A stretch of DNA of 64,000 nucleotides from Alphaproteobacteria bacterium (GCA_963555825.3 CAUVXB020000001.1:768001-832000), one strand, 5' to 3'; positions 38,975 to 50,885 are shown, numbered from the stretch's first letter. Made by a program: numbers and translations. The notes: generated by a model from the letters alone, not told the origin.

Positions 38975-41234
38975 GCGATACCACCTTGGGCACGGTCGGA
39001 CCCGCGCCGTCCACCGACGTTTCGCTCTCTGCGGTGCGGAAAATAATCCTTACCTTCGCGCCGCCGTCGGCGCCATCATCGAGCACCAACTCACCATCGT
39101 GATCTTCTATGATCTTCTTGACAATCGCCAGCCCTAAGCCGGTTCCCTTCGCCCGAGTCGTTACATAAGGCTCGACGAGCCGGTCGCGCGCATCATCCGG
39201 AAACCCGCGGCCGTTGTCTTCGACCTCGATGACGACGTGCTCGGCATCGGTCTGGCCGATCACGATCCGAATCCAGCCACCGTCCAGCTCCTCGCCGACG
39301 GATGACGCACGGCCGGCGATCGCATCGGCGGCGTTGCGCAGGACATTGGTCATAACCTGTACGACCTGCCGACCGTCGCAATGAAGCATGACGCCGTGAT
39401 CGGGGAATTTCTTGATGTAGCGAATTTCGGGATGCTCGACTTCCTGCAGATCGACCGCCTGCTGTACGAGTTCGACGACGGCTTCGGTTTGGAAAACCGG
39501 CGCGGGCATGCGCGCGAAGGCCGAAAACTCGTCGATCATGCGGCCGATATCGCCGACCTGGCGCACGATCGTATCGGTGCAGGCGATGAAGACTTCGGGA
39601 TCGCTCTTGATCTCGTGTTGGTACTTCCGTCTGATGCGCTCGGCGGAGAGCTGAATCGGCGTCAACGGGTTCTTGATCTCGTGCGCGATGCGTCGCGCGA
39701 CGTCGGCCCATGCCGCGGTGCGCTGGGCGACAACCAGGGCGCTGATGTCGTCGAACGTCACGACGAACCCTTCGAGCTCGTGGCCCAACCGCTCGGCGCC
39801 GACGCGCACCAGCAGCGTCCGCGTCCGACCACGGCGTTCGATCGTGATTTGGGTTTCGGCCCGCCGGTCGGGCCGGCGCTTGACCTGTTCGATCAGCTCG
39901 CCGACCTCGGGCATGATCTTGATCAGCGGCCGGCCGATCAACCGATCGGCCCGGGTCGCCAGGAAATCGAGCGCGGAACGGTTCGGCAGCTCCACCATGC
40001 CCTCGGAATCGAGGCCGATAACGCCCGCCGAGACACCAGAAAGGACCGATTCGGTAAACCGCTGACGCGCCTCGATCTCGAGGTTGGTTTCGAGCAATTC
40101 CTGGCGCTGACTTTCCAGTTGGTTCGTCATGCGATTGAAGGCTCGGCTCAGACTGCCGATTTCGTCGCCCGACGGCCGTTCCGTGACGCGAGCCGTCAGG
40201 TCGCCCTCGCGAATTCTCTCTGCGGCGCCGATCAACGCGCTGATCGGCCGCGCAAGTTGCGTCGCGAAGTTGAGGCCGAGCCAAACCGCCGCGAGCAGCA
40301 ACAGTAACGTGACGACGGCAAAAATCAGCGCGAATGTAATCTGGATCTTCGATCGATCCCCCTCGAGACGCTGATAGGCCGCGACGGCGCTTTGCGTCCG
40401 CTCCATGTGGCCGATCACGCGGGGATCGACGAAACGCCCGATCATCAGATAGACATCGCCGAATACATCCAGCCGCATGAGTGCTCGCACGCGGTCGTCG
40501 GTGTCGCTCGTCAGAATCACGACCTCGCCGCTGTCGGCCTGCCGCATCGACAACAGCGCAACGGGTTCGAACATCAGCGAAAATACAAATCCCGTGCGCC
40601 CCAGCACGCTGCCGTCGCGGGTGAACACCAGCGCTTCGCTCAGCGAGCGCAGCGCGGCCTGGGTCGCGAGCAATCTGTTGAGCTGTGCGGGATTGGCGAG
40701 CTGACGCGCGCCCGAGCGACTGATGTCGTTGGCCATGGCCTCTGCGTCGGCCCGAATTATCTTGCGGTGTTCATCGAGATAGGCCTCGGCGACGGCAAGC
40801 GATTCGCCGATCGCGGTGCTGACTCGCTTGCTGAACCACGCCTCGATGCCGAGGTTGAAGAATGACACCGAGAAGACGGCAACGATAATTGCCGGCGCAA
40901 CGGCGACGACGCTGAACATCGCGACCAGGCGGATATGCAGCCGGGAGCCGGCCATGCCGCGCCGGCGTTCGATCCACAACTGCACCAAACGCCTGAGCAC
41001 GACCGCGCTGAGCACCAGCGCCAGAGCAAGGTCGATATACAACAACACGAGCACGACCCGTGGATCGCCGCCGAACGGGCGCGATTCGGTCAACGCAGCA
41101 TAGGTCGTGACGCCCGAGGCAATCGCCGCGATGGTCAGCGCCATGGGCAGGCGGCGCGACAGCCCGACGCGCCGCGCCCAGCGCCGCGCGCGGCGCCAGA
41201 GCGTGGCTCTCGGTTTCTCGGTTTCAGCCGTCAC
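38964..41234 (-). CDS. ntrY: Sensor histidine kinase NtrY
   Basis: TM-HAMP-PAS-HisKA; [20 protein letters not shown]; GTGLGL. Confidence 0.93.
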   Translation of the reverse strand: MTAETEKPRATLWRRARRWARRVGLSRRLPMALTIAAIASGVTTYAALTESRPFGGDPRVVLVLLYIDLALALVLSAVVLRRLVQLWIERRRGMAGSRLHIRLVAMFSVVAVAPAIIVAVFSVSFFNLGIEAWFSKRVSTAIGESLAVAEAYLDEHRKIIRADAEAMANDISRSGARQLANPAQLNRLLATQAALRSLSEALVFTRDGSVLGRTGFVFSLMFEPVALLSMRQADSGEVVILTSDTDDRVRALMRLDVFGDVYLMIGRFVDPRVIGHMERTQSAVAAYQRLEGDRSKIQITFALIFAVVTLLLLLAAVWLGLNFATQLARPISALIGAAERIREGDLTARVTERPSGDEIGSLSRAFNRMTNQLESQRQELLETNLEIEARQRFTESVLSGVSAGVIGLDSEGMVELPNRSALDFLATRADRLIGRPLIKIMPEVGELIEQVKRRPDRRAETQITIERRGRTRTLLVRVGAERLGHELEGFVVTFDDISALVVAQRTAAWADVARRIAHEIKNPLTPIQLSAERIRRKYQHEIKSDPEVFIACTDTIVRQVGDIGRMIDEFSAFARMPAPVFQTEAVVELVQQAVDLQEVEHPEIRYIKKFPDHGVMLHCDGRQVVQVMTNVLRNAADAIAGRASSVGEELDGGWIRIVIGQTDAEHVVIEVEDNGRGFPDDARDRLVEPYVTTRAKGTGLGLAIVKKIIEDHDGELVLDDGADGGAKVRIIFRTAESETSVDGAGPTVPKVVSHGA

Positions 41235-42672
41235 GCGTGCCTCCCCGTATGACTTCGATGTCGAGCTCGCGAATCTTCTTGCGCAAGGTGTTTCGGTTGA
41301 TGCCAAGAACCCGGGCCGCCTTGATCTGGTTGCCGCGCGTCGCGGTGAGCGTCAGTGTGATGAGCGGCCGTTCGATTTCGCGCAACACCCGGTCGTAGAG
41401 TCCGGACGCCGGCAGGCTGCCGTTATGGGCGGCGAAATACTGCTGCAAATGGTTTTCGACGGTGGCGCCCAGGCCATCGGCCTCGTCCCGGACCGGCGCC
41501 ACGGGGGCGCCGTCGGCGAGTTCGCTCGCGATGATGTCGGCATCGATCACGTCGTCCGAATACAGCACCGCGAGGCGCCGGACAAGGTTCTCCAGTTCGC
41601 GCACGTTGCCGGGCCATTGATGGGCGGCCAGTCGCACCATCGCGCCGGAATCGATCGACTTGGCGGGCAATCCTTCGGCCTGCGACTGAATCAGGAAATG
41701 GCGCACCAGGACCGGTATGTCTTCGCGCCGTTCGCGCAGCGGCGGCACGCGGATCGGCACGACGTTTATCCGGTAATAGAGGTCTTCGCGAAACTGGCCT
41801 TTTTCAACCAGACGCTTGAGATCGTGATGAGTAGCGGCGACGACACGGACATCGGCGCGCATGGCGGCGCGACCGCCGACCGCCATGTATTCGCCCTGCT
41901 GCAAGACGCGCAGCAGCCGCGTCTGGGCGTCGATCGGCATGTCGCCGATCTCGTCGAGAAACAAGGTGCCCCCCTGGGCCTGGTCGAATCGGCCAAAATG
42001 GCGGCTGGTGGCGCCAGTAAAGGCGCCCTTCTCGTGCCCGAACAGTTCGCTTTCGATCAGCTCGCGCGGGATTGCCGCCATGTTGACGGCGATGAACGGC
42101 CCGCTGCGGCGCCTGCCGAAATCGTGCAGAGCGCGGGCGACGAGTTCCTTGCCGGTACCCGATTCACCGACGATCAACGCCGTCAGATCGGTCGCCGTGA
42201 TACGCGCGATGATGCGGTAGATGTCCTGCATTGCGGGCGAGCGTCCGATGAGTGGTGATTGCTCGCCCTCAAGCGTCGTTTCGTCGAGCGCGTCCACGGG
42301 TCCTTCCTCGATTGAAAGCGCTCTGTCAACAACGACAATCAAGTCATTGAGGTCGAAAGGTTTTGGTAGATATTCGAAGGCGCCGCCTTCGGTGGCTCGG
42401 ACCGCCGTCATCAGCGTCGAATGCGCGCTCATCACGACCACCGGAAGGTCGGGGCGAATGCGCTTGATGCGCGGCAACAGTTCGAGACCGTCTTCGTCGG
42501 GCATGATGACGTCGGTGATCACCAGATCGCCCTCACCGTCCTCGACCCAGCGCCACAGGGTCGCGGCCTCGCCGGTCACGCGCACCTCGTGGCCATGGCG
42601 CGCGAGCGCCCGGCTGACGACGGTGCGGATCGCCTTGTCGTCATCGACCACCAGGATGGTCGCGCCCGCCAT
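41224..42672 (-). CDS. ntrC: Nitrogen regulation response regulator NtrC
   Basis: [31 protein letters not shown]. Confidence 0.95.
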   Translation of the reverse strand: MAGATILVVDDDKAIRTVVSRALARHGHEVRVTGEAATLWRWVEDGEGDLVITDVIMPDEDGLELLPRIKRIRPDLPVVVMSAHSTLMTAVRATEGGAFEYLPKPFDLNDLIVVVDRALSIEEGPVDALDETTLEGEQSPLIGRSPAMQDIYRIIARITATDLTALIVGESGTGKELVARALHDFGRRRSGPFIAVNMAAIPRELIESELFGHEKGAFTGATSRHFGRFDQAQGGTLFLDEIGDMPIDAQTRLLRVLQQGEYMAVGGRAAMRADVRVVAATHHDLKRLVEKGQFREDLYYRINVVPIRVPPLRERREDIPVLVRHFLIQSQAEGLPAKSIDSGAMVRLAAHQWPGNVRELENLVRRLAVLYSDDVIDADIIASELADGAPVAPVRDEADGLGATVENHLQQYFAAHNGSLPASGLYDRVLREIERPLITLTLTATRGNQIKAARVLGINRNTLRKKIRELDIEVIRGGTRDG

Positions 42673-43793
42673 CAGACCGAACCGTCGCCAGGATGGAGTG
42701 GCAGGAGCACCCGGAACGTCGTATGGCCTGGTTCGCTCTCGAATTCGACGATGCCACCGTGATCGCCGATGATTTTCGCCACCAGGGATAACCCGAGCCC
42801 CGTACCGCCGGCCTTGCCGCTGACGAAGGGATCGAAGAGGTGGCCTTGCATGTCGGCCGGCACGCCTGACCCATTGTCCTCGATGCTCACGACCAACGGC
42901 AGGCGCTGGCGGCCGCGCTCGCCACCGATCGACAGTCTGAGGCCGGGCTCGAAGGCCGTCTTGAGGGTGATTTCCCCGGTCTCGGCCGGGACCGCCTCGG
43001 CGGCGTTCTTCAAGAGGTTAAGAAAGACCTGCACGAGCCCGTCCCGGTCGCCCAGAACGGCGGGCAACGATGGGTCGTATAGCTCGACGAGCGATGCGTG
43101 GCTGGCAAAGCCGGTCGACGCCAGTCGCCGGACGTAGTCGAGCACCTCGTGTATATTGACCGCCTCGCGCACGCCAGGCCGGGTATCCGAGAATACTTCC
43201 ATTCGGTCGACCAGCCGGCAGATGCGGTCGGTTTCCTCGGTGATGAGACGCGTCAGATCACGCTCCTCGGCCGAGGCGTTGTGCTCCAGCAATTGGGCCG
43301 CGCCGCGAATGCCCGACAAGGGATTCTTGATCTCGTGGGCCAGCGCCGCGGCCAGGCCGGCGACCGAACGGCCGGCGCCGAGGTGGGTCAACTGTCGGTC
43401 GAGCTTGTGCGCGATGCTGCGCCCGCGCATCAGTGCAAGAACCCAACCAGGTGCTTCGGCAACCGCTGACACCTTGACGTCGATGGCGCGTGCGTCACCG
43501 CGCGGCATGGCGATATCGATGTCGTGTTCGGTGATCGTCGTCCCTTCCTCGCGAACTTTGGCGACGAGCGAGATCAGCGGGCTGTCGAAGCGCACGATAT
43601 CGTCGAGCGGCCGGCCGCACACCACGCCGGCGCCGGCGCCGAGCAGGGGTTCCGCGGCCGAATTTACGAACCGGACGACGTCACGCTCGTCGATCAGCAA
43701 CAAGGCGTCCGGCATCGCCGCGATGATTGTCTCGGCATCCGGGATCGGTGTGTCTGTCCGCGCCGCGCGCGCCGTTGCCAGCTTGGCCATCAC
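42672..43793 (-). CDS. ntrB: Nitrogen regulation kinase NtrB
   Basis: PAS domain, [25 protein letters not shown]. Confidence 0.93.
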   Translation of the reverse strand: MMAKLATARAARTDTPIPDAETIIAAMPDALLLIDERDVVRFVNSAAEPLLGAGAGVVCGRPLDDIVRFDSPLISLVAKVREEGTTITEHDIDIAMPRGDARAIDVKVSAVAEAPGWVLALMRGRSIAHKLDRQLTHLGAGRSVAGLAAALAHEIKNPLSGIRGAAQLLEHNASAEERDLTRLITEETDRICRLVDRMEVFSDTRPGVREAVNIHEVLDYVRRLASTGFASHASLVELYDPSLPAVLGDRDGLVQVFLNLLKNAAEAVPAETGEITLKTAFEPGLRLSIGGERGRQRLPLVVSIEDNGSGVPADMQGHLFDPFVSGKAGGTGLGLSLVAKIIGDHGGIVEFESEPGHTTFRVLLPLHPGDGSV

Positions 43794-44776
43794 GCGGCCT
43801 GTCGATCGATCAGCGGGGTGTAGAACGCGTCGATCGCCTGGCGCACCGCTTCGGCCTCGGCGATCCGATTGACCGTAGCGCGGAATTCGGCCGACCCCGG
43901 CAATCCCTTGCTGTACCAGGCGAAGTGCTTGCGGGCCATGCGCACGGCGTGTTCGTGCCCATAATGGACCAGCATGTCCTCAAACTGCTCGATCATCATG
44001 GCGAGTTGGGTCGCAAGCGTCGGGTTGGCGAGCCGTTCACCGGTGCGCAGGAAGTGGGCCACCTGGCGCAGGAACCAGGGACGGCCATAGCAGCCCCGGC
44101 CGATCATCACGCCATCGGCCCCGGAAAGCTCGAGGGCCGACGACACGTCGTCCAGGCTGGTGATGTCGCCGTTGACGACGACCGGGATCGTCACCGCCTC
44201 CTTGACGCGCCGTACGAAGTCCCAATCGGCGCTGCCGCGGTAGAGCTGGCAACGCGTGCGGCCGTGCACCGAGACCATGCGGATGCCGCTGTCCTCGGCG
44301 ATGCGCGCGATGTGCGGCGCGTTGCGGTTGTCGTCGTCCCATCCGGTGCGGATCTTCAGCGTGACCGGCAAATCGACCGCGCTGACCGTCGCCGCCAGGA
44401 TGCGGCCCGCGTGGACCTCGTCGCGCATCAGTGCCGAGCCGGCGTGGCCGTTGACAACCTTCTTCACCGGGCATCCCATGTTGATGTCGATGAGCGCGGC
44501 GCCCCGATCCCGATTGAGCTTGGCCGCCTCGGCCATGATACCGGGCTCGCAGCCGGCGAGCTGGACCGCCATTGGCTGCTCGTCAACGCAGCTCGTCGCC
44601 ATGGTCATGGTGCGCCGCGTTTCGCGAACCATCGCCTGGCTTGCGATCATCTCCGAGACCACGAGTCCCGCGCCACACCGCTTGACGAGGCGGCGGAACG
44701 GCAGGTCGGTGACGCCGGACATCGGCGCCAGAATGACGGGGTCGGCAAGCGTGACCGAACCGATTGTAATGGTCAT
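43790..44776 (-). CDS. dusB: tRNA-dihydrouridine synthase DusB (NifR3)
   Basis: [23 protein letters not shown]. Confidence 0.95.
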   Translation of the reverse strand: MTITIGSVTLADPVILAPMSGVTDLPFRRLVKRCGAGLVVSEMIASQAMVRETRRTMTMATSCVDEQPMAVQLAGCEPGIMAEAAKLNRDRGAALIDINMGCPVKKVVNGHAGSALMRDEVHAGRILAATVSAVDLPVTLKIRTGWDDDNRNAPHIARIAEDSGIRMVSVHGRTRCQLYRGSADWDFVRRVKEAVTIPVVVNGDITSLDDVSSALELSGADGVMIGRGCYGRPWFLRQVAHFLRTGERLANPTLATQLAMMIEQFEDMLVHYGHEHAVRMARKHFAWYSKGLPGSAEFRATVNRIAEAEAVRQAIDAFYTPLIDRQAA

Positions 44777-44883
44777 GGCGAAGGCAGTCGGTTATCTGTG
44801 CTCAAAATTTGGGCAAATCTAGGGGGTGTCGCGCGTCGACGCAAGCCCGATTCCCCGGACTGGCCGGGTTGCGGTCTATACCA

Positions 44884-44935
44884 CGATATTTCTGCCACCA
44901 AGACGTCGGCGATATTTATGCCACCAAGACGTCGG
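44884..44935. repeat. 26-bp tandem duplication
   Basis: CGATATTT[C/A]TGCCACCAAGACGTCGG twice, 25/26 identical. Confidence 0.9.
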
Positions 44936-45716
44936 TGACGAATTTGACGCCGGGATAGGCCAAGGTCAGCAAGAGATAGGCCAGCAATACATAGCGCGCG
45001 GCGCGGCGGCCACGCACACCGGTACGCCGATGGGCGTACAGCAGGGCGCCGATGACGACGAAGGCGAGGATCGAAAACAACGACTTGTGATCGAGATCGA
45101 TAAATCGCCCGTCTTCGATGAACTGCGTCCCGATACCGGTCACGAGCCCCGCCCCGAGCACTAGTTCGCTGAGTACCAACAGGCGAAACTGCAAGTTTTC
45201 GGCATCGACCACGGCAGGCAGAATTAGGTTAAAGAGGACGGTTTCCTTACGTTTTAGGGCGCGTTCCTGCAGAACCACGGCGAGCCCGGCGACCGCCGCG
45301 ATGGTCAGCATCGCGTACGTTAGGATGGACGCGAAGATATGCACGCCGAGCCAACTCGACGGCGCGGCCTCGGTGAGCGGGCGCTCTGGCGCCTGCACCC
45401 AAACCAGGGCGAGCGCCCCGAGCAGTACGAGATAGGGCATCAGCAAGGGTCCGAGCCGGCGTGCATTCGGCCACACCAGCGAAACCAGGATGAAGATGCC
45501 CAGGCTCGCGGCGACGCTGATCCACAGCGCGGCCGAGAGTCCCGTGCGCCAGCCGTCTTCCATCAAGTGAGAAAGCTCGATGAGGGCGCATAACAGCGCG
45601 ATGAGCAGTGAAAGCCAGAACACCACGTCGGCCCGCTCGGCGCCGCGCGGGCGGATCAGCGCGACGACCAGGATCGCCACGAGTGGGACGAAGTCGACTA
45701 TGCCTGCATTAGCCAT
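44916..45716 (-). CDS. Cytochrome c assembly (CcsA/YpjD-like) inner membrane protein
   Basis: Multi-TM; HI..S..Y, QERALK, DHKSLFS, G.RGR, LAYPGVKFV. Confidence 0.85.
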   Translation of the reverse strand: MANAGIVDFVPLVAILVVALIRPRGAERADVVFWLSLLIALLCALIELSHLMEDGWRTGLSAALWISVAASLGIFILVSLVWPNARRLGPLLMPYLVLLGALALVWVQAPERPLTEAAPSSWLGVHIFASILTYAMLTIAAVAGLAVVLQERALKRKETVLFNLILPAVVDAENLQFRLLVLSELVLGAGLVTGIGTQFIEDGRFIDLDHKSLFSILAFVVIGALLYAHRRTGVRGRRAARYVLLAYLLLTLAYPGVKFVTDVLVA

Positions 45717-45787
45717 GGCCACATTATATCGTTCACGCGCAATGTTGCCCAGCACGCCGGCAACCTTGGCAATCAACCAAGTGAGGT

Positions 45788-46061
45788 CGAGCCCGGACTT
45801 CTCACCATGGACGGGTGCGGCACGGCGGATATCGGCCGACAGGCTAGGAAAAGCTCGCCGCGCGATGCTTGCGCATCGGGCAAGCGCTTTGACGCCGCCT
45901 GTCGTCCGAGATCCGCCGCCCTTCGGGTCGCGCCGGGCGGGCCGCCCGCGGCGTCGAAGACCTTGACCGTGGCCCAGGCCACGCTCGGCGGCCTTCTCCT
46001 GGCGGAATCGGCTCCGCCCGACGCGATGACGCGCCTGTCCATGGTGAGAAATCCGGGCTAG
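45788..46061. mobile_element. CTAG-bounded structured MITE-like element, type B copy 1 (274 bp)
   Basis: TIR C[G/T]AGCCCGGA[C/T]TTCTCACCATGGAC; homologous to 52848-53388 in inverted orientation. Confidence 0.85.
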
Positions 46062-46094
46062 GCTGCGCCGCGACGCGGTTCACGGGATAGCGAA

Positions 46095-47249
46095 ATGACC
46101 CAGACCATCGCGCTCGTCGTGGCGGCCGGCCGCGGGCACCGGATCGGCGGCGAGACGCCCAAGCAATATTGCGAGGTGGCTGGCCAGTCGTTGCTGCGCC
46201 ATTGCACCAGCGCCCTCGTCCGACACCCGGCCATCGACGCGGTGCGCGTGGTCATCCACCCCGACGATCGCGCCCTGTACGACGACGCGGTGGCGGGCCT
46301 CGGCCTGCTCGATCCGGTCGACGGTGGCGCGGCGCGCCAGGATTCGGTCCGTCTGGGCCTCGAAAGCCTCGCGGCAGTGCGGCCCGATCGCGTGCTGATC
46401 CATGACGCGGCGCGCCCGGCGGTCGACGCGCGGCTGGTCGATCGCGTGATCGCCGCGCTCGACGACGCACCCGGCGCTATCCCTGCCCTGCCAGTCAGCG
46501 ACAGCCTCAAGCGCGCGAACGGCGACCGGCGCATCACCGGTGTCGTCGATCGAAACGGCCTATGGCGCGCGCAGACGCCACAGGGTTTTCGATTCGCCGA
46601 TCTGCTCGACGCCCACCGCGCCGCCGCCGGCCAGGAATTTACCGACGACGCGGCGGTCGCCGATGCGGCCGGACTGACCGTCAGTTTGGTCGATGGCTCG
46701 GCCGACAACATCAAGGTCACGACAGAGGATGATTTCGCGCGCGCCGAGCGGCTGCTCGGCGGTCAGTCGGAGACCCGCGTCGGCATGGGTTTCGACGTTC
46801 ACGCGTTCGAGCCCGGCGATCACGTCGTTCTGTGCGGTGTCCGCATCGCGCACCAGGCGGGTCTCGCCGGGCACTCGGACGCCGATGTCGGCTTGCATGC
46901 GTTGGTCGACGCCGTTCTTGGCGCGCTTGGCGCCGGCGATATCGGCGAGCATTTTCCGCCGTCCGACCCAGCCTGGCAGGGCGCCGATTCGGGCCGCTTC
47001 GCGATGCATGTCCGACAGATGGTCGCGGACGCCGGCGGCGCGATCGCCAACCTCGATGTGACGCTCGCCTGCGAAGCGCCCAAGCTCGCCGTCCACCGCG
47101 CCGCGATGGTCGCCCGCGTCGCCGAATTGTTCGGCGCGCCGACATCGCGCGTCAGTGTCAAGGCGACGACGACCGAACGCCTCGGCTTCCTGGGCCGCGG
47201 CGAGGGCATTGCGGCGCTTGCCGTCGCGACTCTCAGGCTGCGCGCGTAG
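46095..47249 (+). CDS. ispDF: Bifunctional IspD/IspF
   Basis: AAGRG.R.G...PKQY, HDAARP, AQTPQ, GFDVH, GHSDADV, KATTTE. Confidence 0.96.
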   Translation: MTQTIALVVAAGRGHRIGGETPKQYCEVAGQSLLRHCTSALVRHPAIDAVRVVIHPDDRALYDDAVAGLGLLDPVDGGAARQDSVRLGLESLAAVRPDRVLIHDAARPAVDARLVDRVIAALDDAPGAIPALPVSDSLKRANGDRRITGVVDRNGLWRAQTPQGFRFADLLDAHRAAAGQEFTDDAAVADAAGLTVSLVDGSADNIKVTTEDDFARAERLLGGQSETRVGMGFDVHAFEPGDHVVLCGVRIAHQAGLAGHSDADVGLHALVDAVLGALGAGDIGEHFPPSDPAWQGADSGRFAMHVRQMVADAGGAIANLDVTLACEAPKLAVHRAAMVARVAELFGAPTSRVSVKATTTERLGFLGRGEGIAALAVATLRLRA

Positions 47250-47250
47250 C

Positions 47251-47745
47251 ATGAGCGACGCGCCGGGCTTGCCGCCGGAGGTCGAGTTCTGGCGGCCGCC
47301 GACGCTCGTTGCGACCTGGTTCGGTATCGGCCTGCTGCCGTTGGCGCCCGGCACTTGGGGCTCGATTTCGGCGTTGCCGATCGCCTGGTACCTGCATGCC
47401 GCTTTCGGCGCTTGGGCGGTCGTGCTCGCCGCGGTCGTGGTGTTCGCAATCGGCTGGTGGGCGTCCGAGAATTTCGCCAAGCGCGGCTACACGTCCGATC
47501 CGTCGTATATCGTGGTCGACGAGGTCGCCGGCCAATTGGTCGCGCTCGCGCCCGTGGCGCTCGATCCGCTGTTCTACGCCATCGCCTTGATCGGTTTTCG
47601 CGTCTTCGACATCATGAAGCCCTGGCCGGTCGGTTGGGCCGACCGCGAGGTCAAGGGCGGCCTCGGCGTCATGCTCGACGACCTGCTGGCCGGCGTCTAC
47701 GTTGCGGCAATCTTGATCATCGCGACGCGGCTCAATTCCGGGTGA
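47251..47745 (+). CDS. pgpA: Phosphatidylglycerophosphatase A
   Basis: APGTWGS, DPSYIVVDEVAG, FDIMKPWP, GVMLDD. Confidence 0.93.
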   Translation: MSDAPGLPPEVEFWRPPTLVATWFGIGLLPLAPGTWGSISALPIAWYLHAAFGAWAVVLAAVVVFAIGWWASENFAKRGYTSDPSYIVVDEVAGQLVALAPVALDPLFYAIALIGFRVFDIMKPWPVGWADREVKGGLGVMLDDLLAGVYVAAILIIATRLNSG

Positions 47746-47750
47746 GGTGG

Positions 47751-48257
47751 ATGGTGTTCGACGAGACGATCCACGCCAAGGCGCGACGCGTACTCGAGGC
47801 CTGCCGCGCCGCCGGCGTCATGCTGGTGACCGCGGAATCCTGTACCGGCGGGCTGGTTGCCGGCGCGCTGACCGAAATCGCCGGCTCGTCCGACGTCGTC
47901 GATCGCGGTTTCGTCACCTATTCCAACGAGGCCAAGTCCGAGATGCTCGACGTACCGACCGATTTGATCGAGGCGCAGGACGCGGTCAGCGAACCGGTCG
48001 CCCGCGCCATGGCCCAAGGCGCGCTGGCCCGCGCGGCGCCAAAGGCCCAGCTGAGCGTCGCGGTGACCGGCGTCGCCGGTCCGGGCAGCGACAGCCAGTC
48101 GAAGCCCGCCGGCCTGGTCCATATCGCCGCCGCACAAACCGGCAAGGACGTCATCCACGAGATGCGCGAATTCGGCGACGTCGGCCGTGACGCCGTCCGG
48201 CTTGCGGCGGTCGAAGTGGCGCTCGACTTGATCCTCAGGCGATTGGCCGAGGGCTGA
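47751..48257 (+). CDS. CinA C-terminal / NMN deamidase PncC family
   Basis: AESCTGG, GFVTYSNEAK, TGVAGP. Confidence 0.92.
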   Translation: MVFDETIHAKARRVLEACRAAGVMLVTAESCTGGLVAGALTEIAGSSDVVDRGFVTYSNEAKSEMLDVPTDLIEAQDAVSEPVARAMAQGALARAAPKAQLSVAVTGVAGPGSDSQSKPAGLVHIAAAQTGKDVIHEMREFGDVGRDAVRLAAVEVALDLILRRLAEG

Positions 48258-48267
48258 GGCGCGCAGC

Positions 48268-49149
48268 TCAATACGGGACGTCGCCCTCGATCGTCGTGCG
48301 CCACATGACGCGGCGGTACTTCTCGGCGTCGTAGGCGGTGGCGGTGTGCAGCATGCAGCGGTTGTCCCACACGACCAGATCGCCGACGCGCCACTTGTGG
48401 CGGTAGACGAATTGCGGCTGCGTGGCGTGGTCGGCCAAACGGCGGATCAGCTTGCGGCCTTCGTCTTCGGATTGCCCCTCGACCCGCTCGATCACCTCGG
48501 GCGCGACGTAGAGCGATTTGCGCCCGGTTACCGGATGGGTGCGCGCGATCGGTTGCGCAATCGGTGGCGCCTCGCGACGCTGCGCCTCGGTCATCGGCGC
48601 CCGCGTCGGGTCCTGGGTGCGCAGATGCCTGTCCATCGCTTCGAAACTGTGGATCGCGCGCAGACCGTCGATGCGCGCCTTCTCGTCATCGGGCAACGCG
48701 TCATAGGCGGCTTGCGCGCCGGCGAATTTGGTGTCGCCGCCTTCGGGCGGCGTCTCGACGCAATAGAACAGCGAGCCGAGGCTGGGCCGTGGCATGTAGC
48801 AGCGGTCGGTGTGCCATTCCTCGTCGACGTTGACGAACAGCGAGACCAGGCGCCCGTCTTCGATGACATTGCCGACGACGATGATCTCGGGATAGCCGGC
48901 GAGCTGGTATTGCCGGTCGATATGGACGTCGATCTTGCCGAAGTTGCGGCTGAAATCGATCAACGCCTCGGGCGTCAGGTGCTGGCCGCGAAACAGCAGG
49001 ACGCCGTGCGCGTGGAAGGCGTCGAGTACGGCGCCGAAGGTCGCCGGATCGACGGGGCGCGCGGTGTCGACACCGCCGATCTCGATCCCGAATGCGTCGG
49101 TCAGCGGCCGTGTTTGGATCGTTCCTGTCATGACTGGCCATTCTGACAA
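48268..49149 (-). CDS. TauD/TfdA family dioxygenase
   Basis: WHTD, GGDT, WDNRCMLH, MWR; start at 49149 or 49131. Confidence 0.9.
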   Translation of the reverse strand: MSEWPVMTGTIQTRPLTDAFGIEIGGVDTARPVDPATFGAVLDAFHAHGVLLFRGQHLTPEALIDFSRNFGKIDVHIDRQYQLAGYPEIIVVGNVIEDGRLVSLFVNVDEEWHTDRCYMPRPSLGSLFYCVETPPEGGDTKFAGAQAAYDALPDDEKARIDGLRAIHSFEAMDRHLRTQDPTRAPMTEAQRREAPPIAQPIARTHPVTGRKSLYVAPEVIERVEGQSEDEGRKLIRRLADHATQPQFVYRHKWRVGDLVVWDNRCMLHTATAYDAEKYRRVMWRTTIEGDVPY

Positions 49150-49273
49150 CTTCCGGCCACTTCGTCACCATTGCGTGAGGATGAGCCGCGCCGCTTGATA
49201 CGGCCGACAAAGCGGGCTTTGATGGGGCGAGCGCGAACCGACGCCGATAACGTCAGTCGAGGTCGCCAAGTCG

Positions 49274-49564
49274 TTGCGCAAGACGCTTTTGTCCAGCACC
49301 GTCGTTCCACTCGCGGTGAGCGTCGGCCTGGGACTTGCCACGGCCGGCTGCGCCACCGACCAGAACGCCGCGCCGCAAAAGAAGATCGGCTACATGTGCA
49401 GCCCGACGATGATCTGCGGCCCCAACGAGCCGTGGGGCAAGCAGTCAGCCTGCAACCCGTGCAATCCCTGCGCCGCCGCAAACCCGTGCGCCCCGTGCAA
49501 TCCCTGCGCGGTTGCCGCGGGTTGCAACCCCTGCAATCCCTGTAACCCTTGCGCGGCGAACTGA
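49274..49564 (+). CDS. Small Cys-rich (NPC-repeat) putative lipoprotein
   Basis: Signal peptide with TAGC lipobox; 13 Cys; seven NPC triplets. Confidence 0.75.
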   Translation: MRKTLLSSTVVPLAVSVGLGLATAGCATDQNAAPQKKIGYMCSPTMICGPNEPWGKQSACNPCNPCAAANPCAPCNPCAVAAGCNPCNPCNPCAAN

Positions 49565-49602
49565 ACAGGCGCGAATATTGACGATGGTCGTGCACCTTCG
49601 CG

Positions 49603-50121
49603 TCACGGCGCACGCCCAAGACAGACGAGATCGCGATCGCGCCAGCGGCGCCGCGCGACGGTCTCGAAGCCGCACCGACGATAGAATCCGACGTTGCGCG
49701 CGCCTTCGGCGGTGACGGCATGGACACCGCTAAGGCCCTCCCCCCGGCAGTCGTCCAGGAAGCCCGCGACCAACCGACCGCCGATGCCGTGGTTGCGATG
49801 GTCCGGATGGCAATTGACGTGGAAATGCGCGGGATAGGCGTCGAATTGCGCCTCGAAGACGGCGTAGGTCGCGATGTCCGTGTAGAGGCGCTTCGCCGCC
49901 CTGCTATCACGACACCCCATCAGGTAGCCGGCGACGCGTTCGTCCGGTGTGAGACATAGATAAATTCCGTCGGGTTCGCTCTCGCGGTAATAGCCTGTCC
50001 AGGCGTCGAGGAAGCGTTGGCGCGCGTCGTCGCTGTCGAACGATTGCACCGACGACGAAAGGAAGAAAATCTCCTCGATCATCGGCCATGCGTCGGGGAC
50101 GTCGGCCAGGCCGACGATCAT
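49603..50121 (-). CDS. GNAT family acetyltransferase
   Basis: YPAHFHVNCHPDHRNHGIG, NVGFYRRCGF. Confidence 0.85.
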   Translation of the reverse strand: MIVGLADVPDAWPMIEEIFFLSSSVQSFDSDDARQRFLDAWTGYYRESEPDGIYLCLTPDERVAGYLMGCRDSRAAKRLYTDIATYAVFEAQFDAYPAHFHVNCHPDHRNHGIGGRLVAGFLDDCRGEGLSGVHAVTAEGARNVGFYRRCGFETVARRRWRDRDLVCLGRAP

Positions 50122-50885
50122 CGGTGGCCGACGATGAAGCCACCGCCCGAGGCGTCGATGCAGGCGCCCGAGATGAAAGACGCGGCGTCGGAGAGCAACC
50201 ACAGGATCGGCCGGGCGATCTCGTCCGCCGTCGCGAACCGACCCATCGCGATGGTTCCGGCGATGTCCGCCTGAACCTCGGGGTCGGTGTGCCGGTCCGC
50301 GGTCATGTCGGTGATCGTCATGCCCGGGCGCACGGCGTTGACGCGGATGCCCTCGCGGCCGACCTCCTTGGCGAGACCGATGGTATAGGCGTCGACCGCG
50401 GCCTTCGAGGCGGCGTAGTGGCCCGCCCCGGCGCGCCCGCCGATCGTCGCGGCCATCGACGAGACGTTGACGATGGCGCCGCCTGTGCCGCCCTGCACCG
50501 TCGACATGCAGCGCACCGCCGCGCGGCAGCACAGCATGGTGCCCAGCACGTTGACGTTGAACAGCCTGGCGATTTCCCCCGCGTCGCTCTCGGCAGTGGT
50601 GCGCTTGCCGAACGAGACGCCGGCGTTGTTGACTAGCGCCGTCGGTGGCCCGAGCCGCGCCTCGACCTCGGCGAACAGCCGCGTGACGTCGCCGACCACC
50701 GCGACGTCGCCCTGGAATGCCGCCGCCGCCCCGCCCGCCATGACGATGTCGGCGACGACCGCTTCCGCGGCGTCGGCGCGCTCGCGATAGTTGACCGCGA
50801 CGGCATAGCCCTCGGCCGCCGCGAGCCGCGCCGTCGCCGCGCCGATGCCACGCGAGCCGCCGGTGATGAGAAGAACGCCCGTCAT
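50118..50885 (-). CDS. SDR family oxidoreductase
   Basis: TGGSRGIG, NNAG, YAASK. Confidence 0.93.
   Translation of the reverse strand: MTGVLLITGGSRGIGAATARLAAAEGYAVAVNYRERADAAEAVVADIVMAGGAAAAFQGDVAVVGDVTRLFAEVEARLGPPTALVNNAGVSFGKRTTAESDAGEIARLFNVNVLGTMLCCRAAVRCMSTVQGGTGGAIVNVSSMAATIGGRAGAGHYAASKAAVDAYTIGLAKEVGREGIRVNAVRPGMTITDMTADRHTDPEVQADIAGTIAMGRFATADEIARPILWLLSDAASFISGACIDASGGGFIVGHR

Noticed and set aside
44884-44935. Repeat pair considered as a mini-CRISPR
   Set aside because: No spacer, only two units, no cas genes; no CRISPR array was seen anywhere in the window.
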